A stretch of DNA of 61,455 nt, filler included, from Nemertoderma westbladi (taxonomy: Eukaryota; Animalia; Xenacoelomorpha): assembly GCA_032718475.1 (NCBI GenBank). It is 3 parts of 3 records of this genome, joined end to end, with 100 filler letters (N's around TTAATTAATTAA, not from the genome) between each part and the next. Parts side by side here need not be neighbours in the genome. Positions count along the whole stretch, not along the records: positions 20,883 to 43,913 come from JAUCBJ010007489.1; 2 more parts are not named here. One strand, given 5' to 3'. The notes beneath the pieces are model-generated. The model saw nothing but the letters and a program-made list of their open reading frames with translations. It was not told the DNA's origin and made no database searches. Of the stretch, positions 24,798 through 36,289 are shown piece after piece. Within the stretch, counting starts at the first letter, position 1. Every line of letters starts with the position of its first letter. A program made the position numbers and the translations under genes.

Positions 24798-27700
24798 GCG
24801 ACATTATATACATGCTGCAGAATCTATTGCAGATCCTGATAAAGAAAATCGTATTCCAGTTCAAGTAATGAATACAATGAATGTCCCCATTACTATTAAT
24901 CCACGTACAAAACTTGGTACAGCGTCGTGTATATATATAAACTCTGAAAAAACATTAAATGACGATGATGGGAATGACAACATGTTCCCGCTATTCAGTG
25001 AACCCAAAATTGAAAAACAATGGACAAAGGAAGATTTGCATTCGAAAATAAACTTTGGAGATGAATCGAATTTATCGGAAGATGAGATGGAAGAAGTAGT
25101 GAATGTGGCATATAAACACAAGGAGGTTTTCTCCAAAGGTGAAACAGATCTTGGACACATTAAAGGAGTTCAGCATAAAATAAATACGGGCGATGCTGAA
25201 CCAATTCGTGTTAAAGGGGGGCGTATACCGCGGTCCCAATGGCCTACTGTGGAGGAACACGTTAACTCGATGTTAAAGAAAGATGTAATTGAACCGTCGA
25301 ACAGCCCGTGGCAATTCCGCCCAGTCTTTGCATTAAAGAAGGGTGGTGCCTTACGATTTTGCGTTGACTATCGGAAGTTAAACGCTATAACGCGAAAGGA
25401 TGCATATCTGCTTCCTCCAATCCAACAACTTATTGACTGTTTGGGAGCGCCATCTAAAGGCGATAAGCAGTATTACTTTACTATACTCGATGCCTATTCC
25501 GCATTTTGGTCAGTCGATCTGGCGCCAGAGGACCGATGCAAAACGTCGTTCACAACGCACTTGGGTTCGTATCAATTCAAATGGATGCCTTTTGGGTTAA
25601 CTAACGCACCTGGAACATGGCAGCGGATTTCTGATGTTGCCTTATCTGGGTTGCAATATTGTACTTGTTTAGTGTATTTGGACGATATTTTGGTATTTTA
25701 ATCAATTTTTCAGATCATCTTATTCGTTTAGAACAAGTTTTAAGTACTTTAGAACAAGCCGGTGTTAAACTTAAACTATCAAAGTGTAAATTTTGTGTTT
25801 CACGTATATTATACTTAGGCCATGTTGTAGATATTCATGGTAGATATCCAGATCCAGAAAAAGTAGCTAAGCTACTAGCCATTGAACCGCTGAAAAATAA
25901 GAAAGAAATAAAGATGTTTACAGGTTTAGCATCATATTATAGGGTTTACATTCCTCAATGTGCACATAGAATGCGTGCTTTGACTAATTTAGTCAAGAAT
26001 GACGTTAAATTTGTTTGGGGTGCCGAGCAACAAGCCGCCATGGATGACATTAAGAATGCCTTAACAAACCCACCATGCTTAGCTCATCCTAACTTTGATT
26101 GTGAATTTCATATTCATTGTGATGCTTCTCGTTCTGGTTTGGGTGCTGTTTTAGTACAAAATAATGATAATAATAAACCCCAACCAATTTCTTATGCGTC
26201 TCGTGCTCTACATGGTAGTGAAAATAATTACAGTATTTCGGATTTAGAATGTTTAGCTGTAGTTTGGTCGATACGTCATTTTAAACCGTATTTGTATGGT
26301 AGACATTTTCTGGTGTATACCGATCATTCCGCTTTAACACATTTATTAACAGCAGATCAATTAGAGGGGCGATTAGCTCGTTGGGCCATGTGGCTCAGTC
26401 AATTTGATTGTGAAATAAGTTATAGACCAGGAAATAAGCATAAAGATGCTGATGCTTTAAGTCGATTGGTGCCTAGATGTAATCATATTAAGAATAGTGA
26501 ATTGTCTACAGTAGATACAGAAATTATTGTTGTTGACTGCAATATTTGTTCTGTAGAAGCGGATACCGTAGAACATAAAGGATTAAATGTTGATATGTCG
26601 GTAAAACAGTTTCAAGATGCTAAGTTACGTGCTATTATTTCATATCTTAGGGATAATATTTTACCAAAGGATGACAAACTAGCTAAGGCAGTTATATGTC
26701 AATCCCAATATTACGAAGTGATTGACGATATTTTGTATTATAGACTAATTTTGAAAGATGGGTTGAACGTGCGACTATTAACAGTAATTCCAGAAATATT
26801 TAGAAATAAATTAATGGAAGCGTATCATTCCGTGTCATCCGCAGGTCATTTTGCAACAACTAAAATGTATCAAACAATGCTTAAATTTTATTATTGGCCT
26901 GGAATGTACGCTAGTATTAATAAATTTTATCGAGGTTGTGATATTTGTGCTACTACACGTGACTATAAACCGAAACATGCTTTGGAGTGTATTTCGGTAG
27001 AAAGGCCATTTGAGAGAATGGCAGTCGACTTATTAGGTCCTTTTCTTCCAACTGTAAATAATTTTACATATATTGCGATTTTCGTTGATTATCTTACGAA
27101 ATATGCTGAATTTGTGGCTTTGAAAAATGGAAGTGCAGAGGTTTTAGCAGAAGCTTTTGTATATCGAATTGTGCTACGGTACGGTGCACCTGAATTACTT
27201 TTATCTGACCAAGGTCGTAATTTACGTTCAAAGTTATTTGATGCAATTTGTAAATTATGTCGTACACTTAAAGTTTTTACTGTTCCTTATCACCCACAAG
27301 CCGATGGTTTGGCAGAACGCACGATACAGACGACTATTCGATTATTGCGGACCCTGACTGATCACAAATCTAGAAATTGGGACAGTTTACTAACAATAGC
27401 GCAATTTGCGTATAACTCAACTGTCCAATCTACAACAAATAAAACACCGTTTTATTTGCTTCATGGTTTTGAAGCGAGACGGCCGATTGATAATTTATTA
27501 TTATCTGACGGTATTAAGGTTCCTTCTAACAGCCGAATTAAAAATATTGGAGAAAATATGAATGATATTTGGAAAATGGCGCGCAGCTGCATTACAGCTG
27601 CTCAAGCTACGCAAAAGAGAAATTTTGACACAAAAGTTCAAACAACTACAGTACACAAGGGAGATACTGTATGGTTGAGAGACCACTCGGTTAAAGTTGG

Positions 27701-28133
27701 AACTGATCGTAAACTTTGCCCAAAGTTTATTGGGCCTTACCGAGTTATTGACATGAATGACAAAAATGTAACAATTGTGGGATTAAATTCAGGAAAGTTT
27801 AAACCTAAAACTGTAAGTAGAGATGAGGTGAGACTACGTGTTGGCCCATATTTACCATCATTACCAATTGGAACTGTTACCCCATGGTGTGACTTACCTG
27901 TTCTTGGTCGTGATGTTGACAAAGAACGAGCTGGTAAGGAAAATGACAATGACTCATCTGATGACCTTGAGACGGACATTTACTTATGCCCAGTATGTGG
28001 AATTCCTTGGGTTGAAGATGGGCCGTCGATGGTAGGCTGCGATAATTGCCTACAATGGCTACATTTTCATTGCGCGGGTTTGACTCAGGAACCAAGCACC
28101 GACCTTTGGTTTTGTCCCGAATGTGTAATCTGA
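24766..28133 (+). pseudogene. Pol (RT, RNase H, integrase, C-terminal PHD finger), frameshift near 25700
   Basis: FCVDYRKLN, MPFGL, YLDD; CDAS and YTDH; HHCC, VDLLGP, SDQG, GLAER, GPY; terminal C4HC3 motif. Confidence 0.92.
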
Positions 28134-28363
28134 AAAAAAAATATTTTTATTGATTATTTAACCTTATTTGTGATTTGTAGATATTTTTTCTGATGTTTCA
28201 ATATCGTTATTGCGTTATTGTTTTTTTTTCTTTTGGTTTTGAATTGAGTATTTTTTTTAAATTATCGCGCCCTTAGAAGAAAATATTATGTTATGTTGAA
28301 TTGATTATTTCGCAAGTAATTGTAATTTTTAAGATCGGGTCGATCCTTTATTACCCCGGGAGA

Positions 28364-28815
28364 TGTGATAATATAGTTATTGATAGGCTAGACTGTACTG
28401 CTAGATTGACTCTATGCCTATTTGTATTTGATTTATAGTTGGCTTAATTCTTTGTAGTAGCGGTAGCGCAGTCGGTGTTTATATTTGGATCTTATGATAT
28501 TGTTTAAATATTGATGTTATAGACAGACAGTTCTCAGATTATATGACTCAATTATAACAACTAATTTATTATTATATGAGCTCGGGGAAAGGGTTGGAAA
28601 CCTTTCTACAGTTGGGTAGATTTGGGTAAAGTTGGGTAATTAGTAGGACTGATGTAACTGTGAGTTTCTCTAACTATGGGTTGTAAAATGTGTTCAAGTA
28701 GTTCCGATAATCGTGAAGTGGGGGAATAAACATTGGCTATCTTGAGCTCAAGTCCTCTGGTATAGGCATTTCTAGATTACCACCAACACTAGTCTGTATA
28801 TTGTTGCATATCACT
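28364..28815 (+). repeat. Probable 3' LTR, about 450 bp
   Basis: Begins TGTGATA after gggaga, ends TATCAC(T), and contains an AATAAA near 28726. Its partner LTR is not in the window. Confidence 0.6.
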
Positions 28816-29609
28816 TTGGATTTGTTTAGTTTAGTTTAATTACGCCAGTATCAATAAAAATATGTCTCAAAAGTCAAACATACAAACACAAATGACAGAA
28901 ATAAAGATAATCCATGATTAGGACAAAATAATAACAACAGTAAATTAAATTTCAATATGAAGGTAATTTACGTATGTACTGTAATGTAATATATACACGT
29001 TCTGTTATACAGTCTGCATTGCACCAAGATAAATACTTATACATATTCAGATATTATAAACAATTGGTTTTCGCAATGGCTGGCAAGTTACGCAGTTGCG
29101 TTTTAAGGCGGGAATAAAATATAAATAAAAAATAGATTAATTAATTAAAGATACAATTCGATAAAATATTAATAAAAAAAATAGATTAATTAATTAAAGA
29201 TAAAATTCGATAAAAAAAAATAAATATTAAGTCAAGACAAGAAATATATTCCTCGAACCAGCCACATATGTAATGTAATCATTAGATTTACAGTATATTT
29301 CTAAATTCATTGCAGTATTCGAAGATTCTGCCAAGTTACGCAATTGCATTTTAAAGCCGGGAAAACAAAATTAAAAGAAAAACTTATGTAATAATTCTTT
29401 AATTATATTTATAAAAATCATAGATGTATAAAAATCGCAGGTGTGGAAATAAAATATATGAATAAAATTCGAGAAAAATTAAGATATACTATAGGTATGT
29501 ATCAAGGGTTAAAAGTTTGATGGAAATAAAATGAAATAATTACTTAAAAGAAGTATCTGTCAACTGAAAATAAAAGGCTGTTATCTTGACGTGCGGGAGA
29601 GTCGTCATA

Positions 29610-32480
29610 AATGTTCATAATAGTTGGCATGAAGCGATCGAGCCCTATTTTAAAAGCATTCACTCACGGTGGTCGCGGTTACAACGTCATTGGGTAACCG
29701 GTTCCAGACGTTTACCACTCGGTTTGCGAATGAGTTTTTGCAAACGAGCAAGTTCTTATTGAGGGCCTGTTTGTGTAGCTTTAGGGAGTTTCCTCTAGTA
29801 TTGTGGTGGTGAGTGTCGACAACAAGCGAAAATAGTTGTTTCCAATCAAAGGCCGCCTTGCCATGGGTTAGGTTCCACACTGTGATGAGGTCGCCACGGA
29901 TTCGTCTGTATATTAATGTTGGGAGTTTAAGCCTCTCCAGACGCTCTCGGTATGGGAGGTTTCTTAAGGATGGAACCAGTTTTGTAGCACGATGTTGGAT
30001 GTGCTCTATTTTATCTATATCGGAACGGTGAAAAGACGACCAGATTGGAGTGGCGTACTCAAGGATAGGACGTAAAATTGACTTATATTATTATTATTGA
30101 CGTATAGCACGATAAACATTTGTGGCTCCATATATGTGAAGTTTCTCCTCATTACAGCCAGCACTCTTGAAGCAGAGGCGCAGATATTAGAACAGTGGGA
30201 GGAAAATAGTAATGTGTTTGAAAAAGTGACACCGAGGTCCTTGTATTGGGGGACAATTTCTAGTTTATTACCATCTAGGTAGTATTCGGGGGGGAAATCA
30301 ATCTTACCAAATCTGACCACTTTGCACTTGTCCACGTTAAAGGTAAGTTTCCATTCATTGGCCCAAGTACTTAATGCATTAAGGTCATTCTGTAAAATGG
30401 AAACATCTCTGGCAGAACTAATGTGTCTGTATAACTTTTGGTCGTCAACAAACAGGCTGCACATGGATTCAATAACAGACGGAGCATCATTATCGAAGAC
30501 TATGAACAGTAAGGTACCCAGCACTGTTCCTTGGGGAAGGCCACTTTCTAATGGTATGTATTTACTAGATGTACCATTAATGACAACACGTTGAGTTCTG
30601 TTACTAAGAAAGTTTTTTATCCACCGTAACAGTTTTCCTCGTACACCATATGCGTACAGTTTGTGTAATAGTAAACGAATGGAAACAGAGTCATATGCCC
30701 GTTTCAAGTCCAAATATATGACATCACAGCCTTCTACATTAGGGTCATCCAAGGCGTTACTTATGTTATCTAAGACATGCAATAGTTGCTGGACTGTTGA
30801 CCTCCCATGGCGCCCCCCGTATTGCGAGCAGTCAAACAAGTTGTTCAGTTCAAAATGATGTTGCAGTGGTGAACGGACGAGCTTCTCACAGCATTTTGCT
30901 ATGATGCATGTCAGGGAAATGGGGCGGTAATTGTTTCGATTATAATTCGGTGGTTTTTTCGGAATAGGGGTTATATCTGCAGTCAACCAGTCTTCAGGTA
31001 TAATTCCAGTGTCGAATGAACTTTGAAGGATTATTTGGACAGGGGCTACGATAACACTTGCTAGTTCATGAACCATCATGGCTGATATTTGGTCAGGGCC
31101 TCGTGATTTATTCGGGTTTTGTTCACTGAGGGTTTTCAAGACGTTTTCACTTGTAATGTCAAGGGAGTCAATTATGGGGCAATCTAGGTTAAGAAAGGGC
31201 GGAGGTGCGGCTGTAGGATTATTGTCCTTAGTGAAGTAACTTGCAAATGTGTCATTAAGTAAATCAGCCATACCCTGGTCGGAATCTACCTTCTTGTTAC
31301 TAGCATCTTTAAAAGGTCCTATGTGTGATTTCGATTTTCGGTTTTTATTTACATACGACCAAAACTTTTTAGGGTTTTTCTTGCAGCTCATGGCAATATT
31401 CCTTTCAAAATTCCGCTTTGCATTCCTACACACAGTGGTTGCTTTGTTTCGAGCCAATATGTATCTCCGGTAGGACCGCTGCGCAGGATATCGCTTCCAG
31501 TAGCTAAATGCGCTTTTTTTTACATGAACAGCTGCCAATACATCAGGGGTGAGCCAACAATTTTTTCGGCTTTTTGAGGGACGGGTGGGAACATGTAGAG
31601 ATACACCCTCATGGAGTGTATTCTTTAGGAATAACCATGCAGCATTAGGGTCCAAATTTGCTAATAAAACTGGCCAGTCTAGATGGGCTAGATCCTCACG
31701 CCATTGTCTAAAATCGCCTAGATCATATCTGAGATTGTTTGTTGAAGTGGTATTGGCAGCAGCAAATAGGTAACGACATGTAATGATGCTGTGTTTAGAT
31801 TTCCCAAGAGGGGGTTGAAGAAATACTTCTTGGATGTCATCAGTCGAGGCTGTAATTATCAAATCAAGTAGGGATTGCCATGTGTCACTTATGATATGAG
31901 TGGGCTCAAATACATGTTGGGAAAACATATTATCAAGGAAGAATTCTAGGAACTCACCCTCAACCTTGTTTGCACCAGGTGAACAACATAAATTAAACCA
32001 ATCAATGCTAGGTAGGTTAAAATCCCCGAGAATCAAACAGTCATTGGCCATATTCTTGACATGTAAAATTAAATCCATTATAGCTTTGCATTATTGTTGT
32101 CAGAACTGTTGGGTGACCTGTACACAGATAGTATCGCCAATGTTGAATCATTGTGAAAGCGGAGAATGGCACATATCGATTCTTCATAATTAGCAACAGG
32201 TTGCGGAAGGTCATATTCTTCAAAAGCATACAGAGGAGACTGCTGAATGTATAGTAGTACCCCACCTCCTATTATATCATTACCACGATCATTGCGGCAT
32301 ATATTGTAGCCTTCTACATTTAGGGTAGAAATATCAATTGTTGGACGACCCCAAGATTCACTAATAGCAACAACATGTGGTTTGTCAAGTAAAATACATG
32401 CTTTAAATTCTGTCATCTTGTTCACAATACTTTGTGCATTGCAGCTGAAGACAAGTAGTTCATTAGTTTGTAAGGTTGGG
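29610..32480 (-). pseudogene. CR1 ORF2 (APE and RT), frameshifted
   Basis: ISESW, GGGV, VYRSP, GDFN, NYRPISLT, YLDLKRAYD, GLPQG, LFVDD, KDLGV. Confidence 0.9.
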
Positions 32481-32519
32481 TGTTTTTGTGTAAGTGTGTG
32501 TGACTTGGTAGGTAGTCAG

Positions 32520-33633
32520 TCTACCTGAGATGACTGGTCAATGACATTAGGAACATTGAGTAAAGCATTTGTAATGTTGGTTTGACTATCAGGAGAAGAT
32601 ATGCGGTTATGGCTGATCATTGAGGTGAAGCGGCACTCAAGTTCACTGGGCATTCTGTCATGAGTTACTCGTATGGAGACCTTCTCCATGGAACTAGTAG
32701 GATAGATAGATAGATACTAACTTGTCATTATTGAGGGAGTGCAGTATACGCCACTTATCCGATTCTGAGTTAAGTGTTACGATCAGTTTCTCCCCAAACC
32801 CACATGGTTGGTTGTTAATAAACTTGCGTATATGTCTAGTGAATCTGAAAGGGATATGTTGGCATCCTAGCTCAGACAGTGTTTTTTCTACAACAGATTT
32901 GTCAAAGTCGGATCTTTTCTTAGGGTCTTCATCACAACTGACAGGGATATTGTGAATAATAATGTTATTTCTTTTTCTTTCACGTAGCTTTATGAGGTCA
33001 GACTCAGTTTGGCGATTGTTCATTTGGGGAACTGTCACTTGGGGTAGGTCGATTATGTCGGTGCCCACCCTTCTTAACAGCCATCAACCAGGGTGTATCG
33101 ACATCTACATCAGTCTCCCCCGGATTAGAAGATGTGAAGTTGGATAATGTGGAACTAACCTTGGAGATCTCAGACATGATTGTGGTTGTTTGATCCTCAA
33201 TGAGAACTTTAATATGTTGGACAATGTCTTCAGATGTGTTGTCATCTAAAGACAATGCACTCGCATTTACATTGGGTTTCAGGTTTGTTGAGCAGTCAGG
33301 ACATAACACAGTGAAGTTGGATACATATTTTCGTACCACTTCAAATTCTGCCGCCGTTATTCCCTTGCAGATGCATTTATGATGTGCCCATTTGTCACAC
33401 CCATCACAACCAAATACCCTTTCATAATTGTTGTTTATGTTGCGTGGGCACACAAAACACTTTAGATCTCCTTGTGTTTGGGATTGATTAGATGGTGGTG
33501 ATCGACGTTGGATTGAAGAGACACCTGTAGATGAAGGTCTTCCACTTGGGACACCATTGGCAGTATTAGGGCCGATATTAGCCACAGAGCCTCTTCGGGA
33601 AGACATTTCCTTTATATTCAATAGCGTTCCCAA
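32520..33633 (-). pseudogene. CR1 ORF1 with PHD finger, frameshifted
   Basis: CFVC...CDGCDKWAHHKC...LCPDC followed by RKRNNIIIHNIP. Confidence 0.8.
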
Positions 33634-33750
33634 TAAAATATCAATCAGTGATATTTAAAACTAGTTTATTCTTTAGGATATGCACTACACAGAAGAATCA
33701 ACAACATATATATATAAAATATTATTATAAAATCAGCAATTAGGAGCGAC

Positions 33751-34550
33751 AGATACGGTACTAAATTCCGCTTGCTGGCTTGTACTGTTGTGAACTTTGG
33801 GAAGCACATAAATATAACTGGATGTCGGTTTGTTATATTTGAGATATTCATATTCGGCTTTAGCGAGGTCTGGAGGTTGGATTTATGGTTCTCAGCAAAT
33901 TTTCCTATCTTTGAACTGGTTATTCGATCGTAGTTTTTGTGCATTTTTTCATAAGCTTTTTCATCATTGAGATGCTTTTGAACAAGTTTATCATAATCTT
34001 TTGTGTCCAGCACAACTATCGCACCACATTTATCAGCCTGACATATCTTAATAGGCCTATCAGAATTGTTTTTTAATGATTCTAAGGCAGTTTGTTCATC
34101 CTTTGAAATGTTACTAATTTTCTTTGTTGGTTTACTTAGTTTAGTTTCTTTTATTATGTCGTAAAACCGATCCAATGACTTACTGAGTCCCCGACTGGTT
34201 TTGTCTTCGTCACCAAGGGTTTAACATATTTGGGCTATTCTCTATATTGGGGCTATAATTGGCACGTTTGGTGACATTTTTGGCGAAATTGTCAATGTCA
34301 ATTTTTGATTCAATTAAGTTGGCTTTTAGAGTTGGTGTAAATTTCAACCCCAATTTAAGAAGAGTTTTTTTAGCAGGATTTAAAGTATAGCTGGACAAGT
34401 TTAGAATATCAACTCTATTATTGTCATTCGATTCTAGTCATTGATTGCTTGTAGCTGGTTTTCTGCGTGTAGGGCCCGAATTAGAGTCTGTTCTGGAATT
34501 AGGTGGTGCAGGCCAACGAAATCCATTTCCTGATGTTGTTGGTCTTCCCA
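33751..34550 (-). mobile_element. Penelope-like element, N-terminal RT fragment
   Basis: NLSSYTL...LKLGLKFTPT and NISKDEQTALESLKNNSD..IKICQADKCGAIVVLD match the Penelope pre-RT motifs. Confidence 0.8.
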
Positions 34551-36079
34551 GTCAGCTGTCAATCGGTCAGTCACCGGTAGTACTGTCTGACTGTAGTAGT
34601 ACTTCCTGTACTTAAGTACTTATCTGCTTATGTCTGTACTGTAGTAAAGTAACCTGTACTTCAGTAGGCCTACTTGTATACCGGTACTTACTTCTGTACT
34701 TCATAGTCATACTTCTGTACTTCAGTCACTCCTGCAGTCTGCAGTCAGTGCTACAGTGGCCTACTTCAGACTTCAGTACTTGTCCAGTCCTGAGGGGCGA
34801 TGAGCAATAATTGCTTCTGATAGTGATATTAGCTAACAGATAAGTTTTGTTGGCTGGTATTTTTAGTTGGTGAGTTATCGACTATATTATTCAGTCCTCT
34901 GTCTGATAAGCCCTGTTAAACAGGAAAGGGTGAGTTTTACGACCCTCTCTGCCTGTCAGCCTGTTAGTCCTCTGTTAAAAAGGCCTACTGTACTGTAACA
35001 GAAGACAGATGGGCCGAAGACAGTTTCAAACAGAGTAAAACCTCTGTAAAGGCTATTGTCATAAGCAGCATGAAAGGGGACGATTTTTTTCCCCATTACA
35101 TTGATACTGTAATTCACTGAAAAGAATTTAAAGCCCCTCCCTACAGCCCTATACAAAATTAAAAATAATATTTAAATATAAATATAAATAAATACTAATA
35201 AATAGAATTCTAGAATATAGAGTAAGACAGGGTGACTAAATTTTAAGAGTTAATTTAAGCATAGCTAACCCTCAGGCATATAATAACTTGTAACTCCACA
35301 GGTATTAGTTATATTAGTAGTGTTATAACAGTATAATACGTAGGAAAATCATACTAAATACTACTACGTACCTTAAAGTGACCTGTGGGACCAGCCCATT
35401 ATTAGTGAGATCGGCATTTCTCTTTATCCTGCCGCTCTCTTTGTATTACAATAGCATACAACTAACCAATGCAATGGCAATGGTCTACCCCCAGTGCGGG
35501 AAAGACAAGCTGGCTATCATTGAAATGAATAGGGGAAGGATAATATGGTGTGTTCGTGTTCCCATCCTAATGTCTGTCGTCTTGGCTCAGCTAAGCTTAA
35601 TCAGAGCCACAGCCTACAATAGAGCTTTACCTAAATACACTTCCAGTGAGCCAAGCAGTAGTGGCGGGTTAGCTCCAAAATGCCCATGTAGGATTTCTTC
35701 GAAAAAGGACCAATTGGTTGAGTTACAAGTTACAGTGAAAAAGTATTCATGATTTGATTTTGTTTTGAACAGGAGAAACAGATGGAATATATAGGTCATC
35801 TAATTAATTGTTTAAAGATTAGCAAACAATACAGTGTAATTGAATTGATGAAATCCATAAATAAAACGTGGATACAAAATGTAAAATTGGGAAGCAAAAT
35901 ATAAATTTCTGAGCTAAGAAAGGGAAATTGGATACTGTACAACTTGTCTGGATACAAGCGGTCCGTTTACCTTACAAAATGAAAAATAAACGTGCGAACT
36001 ATAAAACAGTAGTGTCCTATTCGAACGGAACGGAACTGTCCGGGGGGGGGGGGGGGTTGGGGGGGGAATGTCCGGAAAT

Positions 36080-36260
36080 CGAAGCCTTTTTCTATCTTCC
36101 AACATCCTGGGCTTTACTTACACTCAGCCTCTATTCACTGGCTGTGATTGACAAGCCAACGTGCCTCAGAAGTTCCTTTCATCGCAATTTATATTTGGCC
36201 ATTTTGATCGTTTTGGCCGCCAAAATGACCAAGTTAATGTTTATTGGGATTGGGACTATA
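36080..36260. mobile_element. Right-end fragment of the TA-flanked MITE family at 58859-60420
   Basis: Close nucleotide match to 60230-60420, including the TIR. Confidence 0.8.
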
Positions 36261-36289
36261 TAGCAGTATTAAAATTGCGTATTACGTCG

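Larger units (their letters stand above)
23114..28815 (+). mobile_element. Gypsy LTR retrotransposon; 5' end interrupted by the nested minus-strand Gypsy
   Basis: Domain order gag-PR-RT-RNase H-IN, then a purine-rich tract and a 3' LTR. Confidence 0.93.
29580..33750 (-). mobile_element. Near full-length CR1-clade LINE
   Basis: PHD-bearing ORF1, APE-RT ORF2, and CR1-type C-terminus RGDL...TRG.SLKL...FANRVVNVWNRLP. Confidence 0.92.

Noticed and set aside
24760-24800. Programmed gag/pol frameshift in the plus-strand Gypsy
   Set aside because: It lies downstream of the protease, no clear slippery heptamer is present, and the copy has another frameshift inside RT; decay is more likely.
33280-33465. 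PHD finger in CR1 ORF1 as a novelty
   Set aside because: PHD fingers are a well-known feature of CR1/L2 ORF1 proteins.
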